Shown here one piece after another: positions 55,385 to 64,000 of a DNA stretch of 64,000 nucleotides. Below the pieces are notes generated by a model that had not been told where the DNA came from, made no database searches, and worked only from the letters and a program-made list of their open reading frames with translations. The stretch lies in assembly GCF_006345805.1 (NCBI RefSeq), contig NW_021836295.1, forward strand, positions 1-64,000. Reading direction: 5' to 3'. A program made the translations under genes and the position numbers. This DNA comes from Octopus sinensis (lineage: Eukaryota). Each line of letters starts with the position of its first letter. Positions within the stretch are counted from its first letter, which is position 1.

Positions 55385-55890
55385 AAATTAAGGACCAGTT
55401 ACGCACTGGGGAAGATGTAATCGACTTAATCCGTTTGTCTGTCCTTGTTTATCCTCTCTGTGTTTAGCTCCCTGTGGGTAGTAAAGAAATAGGTATTTCG
55501 TCTGCCGCTACGTTCTGAGTTCAAATTCCGCCGAGATCGACTTTGCTTTTCATCCTTTCGGGGTCGATAAATTAAGTACCAGTGACTGGGGTCAGTGTAA
55601 TCGAGTTAATCCGTTTGTCTGTCCTTGTTTGTCCCCTCTATGTTTAGATCCTTGTGGGCAATAAAAAATAAGAAACGTTAGCACGCCGGACGAAATGCTT
55701 AATAGTATTTCGTCTGCCGCTACGTTCTGAGTTCAAATTCCGCCGAGATCGACTTTGCCTTTCATCCTTTCGGGGTCGATTAAATAAGTACCAGTTACGC
55801 AAGGGGTAGATATAATCGACTTAATCCGTTTGTCTGTCCTTGTTTGTCCGCTCTGTGTGTAGACCCTTGAGGGCAGTAAAGAAATAAGAA
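55385..55890 (+). mobile_element. SINE family A trimer
   Basis: Junctions AAGAAATAG|GTATTTCG (about 55492) and AAATAAGAAA|CGTTAGC (about 55675). Confidence 0.9.
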
Positions 55891-56269
55891 TGCCGCTTGG
55901 ACATAGGCCCATCCTTGATCACCTTCTGTCGGGTCACCTACATACGGGTGAAACACCATTGGCCCCCCCCCCAAGGTACAATGCTGACGTTGTATTGAAA
56001 TATGCCATGTAACTCTGAATGTGTGTGTGTGTGAGAGAGAGTGTGTGTGAGAGTGTGTGTGTGTGTGTGTGCGTGTTTCTCAAACTAATATAATAATGCG
56101 TGTCAAAGAAATGTAATAATTGCTCTAATGATATTAACGACAAATAACAATGGCATCAGCAACAATAACACTGAAAACGAAAAGAAATCATAAACAATAA
56201 CAAAACAGAGCATCAAAAACAACGAACAACAAGCGATGGCGGCGGCGACGACGAGGACAGCGAGAACGT

Positions 56270-56319
56270 GGCGATCGTTATGATGATGATGATGATGGTG
56301 GTGGTTGTGGTGGTGGTGG

Positions 56320-56355
<36 letters not shown>

Positions 56356-56394
56356 CGACGACTATGGTGGTGGTGGTCGTCGTGGTGGTCGTGG

Positions 56395-56489
<95 letters not shown>

Positions 56490-56720
56490 GTTGTGATGAT
56501 GATGATGATGATGATGACGACGACGACGACGGTGGTAGTGCTGGTGGTGGCGGCGGCGGCGGCGATGACGACGATGCCGGTGGTGGTGTCGGTGGTGCTG
56601 GTGGTGGTGGTGGTGCTGCTGCTGCATGTGCTGATGACGATGATGATGAAGATGATGATAGTGGTGATGATGACGACGATGACGACGATGACGACGTTGA
56701 CGACGACGATGATGACGACC
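56270..56720. repeat. (GAT/GGT/GAC)n compound microsatellite
   Basis: Direct observation. Confidence 0.95.
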
Positions 56721-57538
56721 CGTTGCATTCATCTTTAAGAATAGAACGGCAGGGGTATTTGACGAATGACATCTCAAATACTGCAACTTTTCGACATTTA
56801 TATCAGCTAAATTCATGTCCCCAATGGCTGTCTCCCAGCACACAAAACAAAATAAAAGAATAGTAGAAAAATATTGTTGTTGCTTTTTTTTTAAATATTT
56901 TTGGTTGATGTTGTTGTTTTGTTCCCTAGTATTTCTATTGAGTTGACCGACATTTGCATAAATACTTCCTGACATTTGGTCTATGACCCCCTGATATTTA
57001 CCGAATCAAATACATGCAAATACGCGTCCGTGTACGTTTGCGTGCGTGTCGGTGTACCTCTGCTCATGAGCATATAATCCAAATAAAATATACATGCATA
57101 CATACATACACACATATATATATATATGTGTGTGTGCGTGTTTGTGTGTATATACACACGTGTTTGTACGTGTTTCTATGCATGTATGTATGTATGTATG
57201 TATGTATGTATGTATGTATGTATGTATGAACATGCTTCTCAAACTATGTATATTTTATAATATCGATACGATTGTATAAATCTCAGAAATGAGTAGATAT
57301 CATATTTGCCTTCATAACAGAGTTTTCATTGCATTAGAAATTATAGTGTTAGTCATGTGAACCCCATTTTTTTTATACACACTCACACACATATACACAT
57401 ATGTATACGCATTGTAAGTGTTTTACATACTACTCACAATGTAACGACAAACAAATGTTATATAGGAAACCTCATGAAAAACTTATATTGTATACGTTTA
57501 AAAACCCTCCCATAATTTTCAAAAATCTAGTCCATAAT

Positions 57539-57867
57539 TTTATTTTATTTTATTTTATTTATGTGCCCTTTTCAAGCCTAGCCAGGCTCATGGGCCCGGT
57601 TTCCCGATTTCTATGGCGTATGTGTCCACCCCACCAGCTTGACAGGACGCCAGCCCATCGCAGCGTTACTCAAGAAACAGGAAGAAAGAGTGAGCGAAAG
57701 TTGGGGTGAAAGAGTACAACAGGGGTCGCCACACCCACTGCCGGAGCCTTAGGAAGCTATAGGTGTTTTTACTCAATAAACACACACAACGCCCGGTCTG
57801 GGAATTGAAACCGCGATCCTCCAACCGCGAGTTCGCTGTCCTAACCACTGGGCCATTGCGCCTCCAC
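57539..57867 (-). mobile_element. Chimeric tRNA SINE (family C3) with (AAAAT)n tail and 12-bp TSD
   Basis: CTAGTCCATAAT at 57527-57538 and 57868-57879. Confidence 0.9.
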
Positions 57868-58286
57868 CTAGTCCATAATACGAGCAGGTATAGCTTGCAT
57901 CTGCCTCTGCTGAACCTGACTAGACTAAGACACGAGATGTTTGCAAATATATAGACATGATTAAATAAACACTTAACCCTATGCCACCTACGACAGGAAA
58001 AGACGACGTAATATTGGTTTAGCCTGCGGTGTACACCTCGCTTGGATATTTACCACTTCCGATATTCTGCTGGTTACGAAACACGTGTAGTCCGGATCTT
58101 ATCTACTCCGTTCTTTAACTCTTGTATTCTTATTCGCATGCCCGATAATCCTGGTCGACAAAAACCCACAGCCATCCTTCTCAATAAACCACTACTGTCC
58201 CTGAAAGATGTCTTTTATATTTTCTACGGATTGCTTGCAGAGGATTCTTCCTATACCTGATCCTTGGATCTGATATAGATAGATAA

Positions 58287-58362
<76 letters not shown>

Positions 58363-58369
58363 ATAGATC

Positions 58370-58628
58370 TTTTATTTATTTCGGTCATTAGACTGCAGCC
58401 ATGTTGGGGCTCGCTTTGAAGAACTTTCATTCGTAAGAATCCACCCATCTACTTATTTTTTAAGCTTCGTTCTTACTCTCACACAATTTCCATTTACCAA
58501 ATAAAATTCACAGAACATAGGTCGGTCCGGCACTATAGCAGAAGACACTTGTCCAAAGTGCTGCTCATTGGAGCTGAACCCGCAAAAGACGGGCTGCAAG
58601 CCAACCTCTTAAGCACACTGCCATGCTT
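58370..58628 (-). mobile_element. Degenerate, internally deleted SINE B
   Basis: GGTCATTAGACTGCAGCCATG and GAAGACACTTGTCCAA motifs. Confidence 0.65.
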
Positions 58629-58924
58629 TCGCATATTTAAAAAAAATTCAATCAAGGTACTACCGTAGAATTAGCCTTTGTTCTTAGAATTGCTGTCAGA
58701 TCTTCGTAAACATACGTGAGTCTGCAAAAATGTATCAAGGATAATCGATGCCTCGTGTGATATATCATAAAAGAAACGGTCGAAAGTTTTCTTGCGAGTA
58801 TCGCTGAATGAATGACTTTCGACTTGGTAAAATGTTCAGTTACTTACCAAACGCATATCTTCAGTCAGCCTTCTGTACAGTGTGACGCATGCGACAGAAT
58901 ACATCGCTTTTTAAAAAAAGCAAT

Positions 58925-59156
58925 GATTCTTTCCGTCATTGGACTGCGGCTATGCTGGAGCATTGTCTTGAAACGCTTAATCGAATAAATCAACCCAGTA
59001 CTTATTTTCTAAGTTTGGCTCTAATTCTACTAGTTTTTTTCTTTCGTTTTTTTTTTCTTTGCTGAACAACGAGGCTACAGAGGTCTAAAAAACAACAGCA
59101 CTGGCAATCCAGTACTATGGGGGTACACAGAGACATATACACACGCACAGACAAAC

Positions 59157-59213
<57 letters not shown>

Positions 59214-59324
59214 TGTGTGTGTGTGGTGTATGCATGTATGTATATATATATACATGCACACGCACAGGCATATATATATATAATATTATATATATTATAC
59301 ATACATATATATATATATATATAG

Positions 59325-59355
<31 letters not shown>

Positions 59356-59530
59356 ATATATATATAATGTAAACATATATACGACGGATTTCGACGAACT
59401 TTCCATCTACCAAATTCACTCACAAGGCACTGGTTGCCCGGGTCTATAGCATGAGTTGTCCAAGTTTCTGAGCAGCAGGGTCGACCCCACCAGACCACAT
59501 GGTTGCAGCTCGAGATTTTTAAACACAAAA
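58925..59530 (-). mobile_element. Degenerate SINE B with expanded internal (TA)n
   Basis: Tail, ATACGACGG..CCATCTACCAAATTCACTCACAAGGC and head remnants. Confidence 0.65.
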
Positions 59531-59776
59531 CCATGGCTGCGCCTGTGGTGAAAACAAAAATAAAGAGAACTGAAAACGGTATAACCAAAACACTTCATGA
59601 GCTTGCAGGCCGTTGTGATGGGGTGAAAGTCAGAAAAGCAAATGTTTCTCAAAATGTACTAAGAGCCTATCCCTGAAATGTTGAGCAGATGTGGAGAATA
59701 CTGACGACGCTTTGGCAGAGTATCATCATTTACCAACAATGCTTTGCCGCGTCTGACTAGACTGGAATTGCATTCC

Positions 59777-60250
59777 CAACCACATGGTTCCGGGTTCAAT
59801 CCCACTGCGTAGCACTTTGGGCAAGTGTCTTCTATTAGAGCCTCGAGACCGACCAAAGCCTTGTGAGTGGATTTGGTTGACGGAAACTGGTAAAAATCCA
59901 ACGGATATATGTATTTTTTTTTATCTAGTTTCAGCTCATGAGCTGTGGCCATGCTGGGGCACATATGTTAGTGTCTTTGTGTCTGCGTTTGTTCCTCCTC
60001 TTCCACCACCACCACCACCACCACCATCATCGCTTGACAAGTGATGTTGGTGTGTTTATATCCGAGTAACTTAGCGGTTCGGCCAAAAAGTTCAATAGAA
60101 GTATTAGGCTTACAGAGTATTAGGCTTACAAAGTACTAAGCTTATAAAGAATAGGTCCTGGGGTGGATTTGTTTGACTAAAACCCTTTAAGGCGGTGCTC
60201 CAACATGGCCGCAGTCAAATGACTGAAACGTGTAAAAGAATAAAAGAATA
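59777..60250 (+). mobile_element. SINE family B, head-truncated, interrupted
   Basis: CCAACCACATGGTTCCGGG..TTGGGCAAGTGTC..GACTGAAACGTGTAAAAGAATAAAAG. Confidence 0.8.
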
Positions 60251-60588
60251 CAGGTATGTCAAATATAATACAACATAAATCCTTCGTTATTTAAACTATC
60301 ACCTTCTTTAGAAGAAATTAAATGGCAGTTATAACAGCCAAAATAGAGAATTTTGTCTTGTGAAGTGGAGCTGGCAGATCTTATTTGTTATTTGGTAATT
60401 GTGATACATCTTTTAGAAGCAGTCAGTAGCTTTAATTAATCGTGAATTTATGTTGTATGGTATTTGATGTACCTGTATTTGTATACGTTGCTCAAATATA
60501 TGACACTGGCCACGCTGAGTTATTACTCTTAGCTCATTTATGTTTACATTGGAATAGCTGCTCTATCGCTTCTTCTGAAAGGATTTGT

Positions 60589-60597
60589 TGGTAAGCA

Positions 60598-60672
<75 letters not shown>

Positions 60673-60682
60673 CTGCTTACCA
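60589..60682. repeat. Self-complementary element: TGGTAAGCAG-(TA)n-CTGCTTACCA
   Basis: 10-bp unique inverted termini around an AT microsatellite. Confidence 0.85.
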
Positions 60683-60916
60683 GTATATATACTATATGTA
60701 GGTAAATATATATATTGCTATGAATCAGAGTAGAGCGATTTTTCTATAAACCAGGAGGTGATGCACAAGGGAGCTCTGTTACTCTAGATGATATTCTTAG
60801 ACGATGAGCAAAGGCAGACGTTCTTCAGAGATATTTGTGTGTGTATATATATACACACACATACATAATTATATACATACATATATATATGTGTGTATGT
60901 ATGTATATATATATAT

Positions 60917-60963
<47 letters not shown>

Positions 60964-61122
60964 ATATATATTATATATATATATGTATACATATTACGTG
61001 TATTAATATATCTTTTGTATAAAAATACAGACGTGTACGTAGATAATTATATATACAAAAATATGGATAGATGGATAGATATAGATAGATACACAGACAG
61101 ATATACATGCATACATACGCAC

Positions 61123-61160
<38 letters not shown>

Positions 61161-61899
61161 TATATATATAAACCAGCTTAGAGAAGAAGAAGAAACGAAA
61201 CGAAACGAAACGAATCGAATCGAATCGACGCGAGGGCGCTCAGTCATACAATAGTGTAGTAAATAAAATATATGCATACGTACAAACATATATGTACGTA
61301 CCTACATCTACATGTATATATACATGCATATATAATATATATACGTGTGTACAGGACACCACAAATAGACGTAGAACTCAACGAGAAACGAAAAAGTAAA
61401 AACAGCATGGAACGGACCATTTTTTTAACAACAAAACAAAACAGAGTACAAGACAACTACACAAAGAAAAATCCCCTTCATCAGCTGTCCCTAGTTCAAC
61501 TCCAGCGTGTTTCGAAGGTGAGGACAGAACACGTCTCGTCGAACTAATCCTTCCTGCGAAAGAATTAAATAAAATTCCTTTGCAGAGGGGTAAAAACAAG
61601 GAAAAAAATGTGACAAAAACAGGACGTAAAAACAATACAATTAAAAACAAATACAAAATAAAAATACAATTACAAAAAATACAGTACAAGAAGGAATAGA
61701 AACAGGACAGGAAAACAAATAATGAGGGCCTATAAGCCTAGACGAGGAAAAAAATTTTTTTCACGAGCGCAGGAAGAAACATGTTTACTTGAAGAAGGCC
61801 GCCAGCGAAAGGAAGTTCGTCGACCCGGCTGTGAGAGAGATGAGGAGGAGTGAGAGAGTATATATATATAGTTAATCCAAACATGAAAACGCAAAGAGA

Positions 61900-62070
61900 A
61901 AACACAACACGAGGACGTGGAACAAGTATAGTGTTATTGGACGCTCAGGAAAAGAAAGAAAGAAGGAGGTTCTAGCGGAGCTCTTCGTCAGAAACATAGA
62001 AAAAAGAAAGGTCCAAGGAAGGGAAAACGGAGAAAGAAAATCGCCAACGATACACACGCGATCACAGACA
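61900..62070 (-). mobile_element. Diverged relative of the 1650-1860 repeat with a decayed hammerhead-like motif
   Basis: G(A)CGCTCAGGAAA and GCTCTTC(G/A)(T/A)CAGAAA shared; minus strand CTGACGA-A-GAGC-TCC-GCT(A)GAAC. Confidence 0.4.
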
Positions 62071-62140
62071 AATATATAATTTGTTCGTTCAATTACTATT
62101 ATTTTTATATCTATATCTATAACAGATTATTGTTATCGCT

Positions 62141-62221
<81 letters not shown>

Positions 62222-62482
62222 CCAGCAGCAGCAGCAGCAACAACACGACGAGGAGAGAACTTTATTATTCGTTACTGCCTTTGTCTTTGGTGCATATCTT
62301 TATGTCACCAATAATCCTTAACGTAAAGACACTCAAACACAACACACGAGTGTTATATAAGTCTACGATGTACACCAATAATGTTAGTAATGATAGATCA
62401 TAGCAGGAATAACATTTGAAAATATAGATGGTAATAATAATAATTAGAAATACCACATTGCTATTATTATTATTATTATTAT

Positions 62483-62770
62483 TTTTCGCTGTATTTCAAA
62501 GAAAAAGGTAATGTAAAAGGAGAAGAAGGTGACTCTCTACACCCCCTTTTTTGAACCAGGCTCCCGTGGCTTTTGTAGGGGTTTTTTCCACCGGGAAACA
62601 TTTCGAACGTCTCCCCATTTTGGGAGTTTTCCGTTTTTAATATCATTGCTTTAAAAGTTTTTTACATGGATTTTTTTAACAAACGGACAAAACCCTTTGT
62701 AACCTTTCGTCCTGTCTTGTCCCTTATGTAATCATGCGTGTCAGCCCTTGTGGCCAATAAAAAAGAATTG
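62483..62770 (+). mobile_element. 3' end of a sibling Tx1-like LINE between (ATT)n tracts
   Basis: AGGCTCCCGTGGCTTTTGTAGGGGTTTTTTCCACCGGG resembles the copy-4 UTR AGGTTACCGTGGTCTTTTCCGTAGGCTTTTCTTTCCACGGG; terminal CAGCCCTTGTGGCCAATAAA resembles CAGCCCTGTGTGGCTAATAAA. Confidence 0.65.
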
Positions 62771-62889
62771 ATTATTATTATTATTATTTATTATTTATTA
62801 TTTCACTAGAAAGAACGTTATAAATACAAACATTGTCGTTGTGGTTTCTTTATTTAGTATGTGTATTTATAGATGCATATGTGTATTTT

Positions 62890-63078
62890 ATGCGTGCGTG
62901 TGTGTGTAAATGTGTGTGTGTATCACAATATATATATATATATATACATACACACATACATATATATACATATATATATATATGTGTGTGTGTGTATATA
63001 TATGTACTATATATATATGTGTATATATATGTATATATATATATAGTATATATATATATAGGTATATATATGTGTATG

Positions 63079-63109
<31 letters not shown>

Positions 63110-63385
63110 GTATATATATGTGTATGTATATATGTGTATGTATATATATATATATATAGTATATATATATATATATATATATACATACATATACATATAT
63201 ACATGTACATATTATATATACATATATATATTCACATATACATAGTTTTATACACACACTAAAACACACACACACACTACAAACGTAGCTGCACTCCGTA
63301 CTATCAAAACCGATGAACACACGTTTGTTTGTGTGTGTGTGTCTGTGTATGTGTCTGTGTATGTGTATGTGTGAGTAGGTGTGCA

Positions 63386-63444
<59 letters not shown>

Positions 63445-63590
63445 TGAGGGACAGACAGACAGAGAGACAGACAGAGACAGAGACAGACAGACAGAGACAG
63501 AGAGAGAAAAAAGAGTGAGAGAGAAAGCAACAGAGACAGACAGACAGTCAGACAAACAGACAGAGAGAGGTAAAGAGAGAAGCGCCAGAT
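62890..63590. repeat. (TA/TG)n, (CA)n, (GA)n, (GACA)n microsatellites
   Basis: Direct observation. Confidence 0.92.
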
Positions 63591-64000
63591 AAAAATATAA
63601 TAGATTTTATAGATAATTTAGTACTATTTATCGAAACTTAGTACAGATCTTAGATCTACTCACGAACAATGAAAGAAACCGTACATATATGACAAAATAT
63701 GAGCAATATGAAGTTATAAATGGTAAACGTAGTATATTTTGTATTAAGTATTAAATGTTACAGAGATCAAAAGCTTGAATGATGATGGTGATAGATTTTG
63801 AGAACAGAGAAGACAGTAAAGATGATAAACAAGATCTTCCTATTGATGTGACATTTGAATTAATACTCTTATATTGTGAACAAAACTATGGTTGTTATTA
63901 ACGTGATGACAACGTAGATATCAAAGCTGAATGAAGGGGATGAATTCTATGAATATATGCATTTATTAATATATATATATGTATGTATATAATATATATA

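Noticed and set aside
61475-61525. CTGATGA and GAAAC on the minus strand in permuted (type II-like) order
   Set aside because: I could not build stem I or stem III, so it is not called a hammerhead.

Overview
Eukaryotic, AT-rich, gene-poor window made almost entirely of microsatellites and interspersed repeats. The repeat landscape looks like a coleoid cephalopod (Octopus-type) genome; that is an inference, not a verified assignment. I found no intact host gene, and most ORFs in the supplied track are microsatellite read-throughs. The only recognisable protein-coding sequence is a disrupted L1/Tx1-clade non-LTR retrotransposon ORF2 (APE endonuclease, RT, CCHC knuckle) at 49703-53108 (-). Three further 5'-truncated copies of that family are present. 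All four copies end in AATAAA plus a (TATC)n-type tract and sit in (GATA)n/(TATC)n microsatellites in the same orientation; two are stacked head-to-tail. A diverged sibling 3' end lies between (ATT)n tracts. The commonest tRNA-derived SINE shares its terminal 42 nt with this LINE and forms concatemers with recurring junctions. Separately, a 137-bp palindrome at 1488-1624 contains two inverted, fully foldable type I hammerhead-ribozyme motifs. A minimal hammerhead motif and hammerhead-like motifs lie in nearby Penelope-like terminal repeats. Other content: several modular tRNA/CORE-type SINE families, foldback/MITE elements, a piggyBac-type MITE and a few weak exon candidates.
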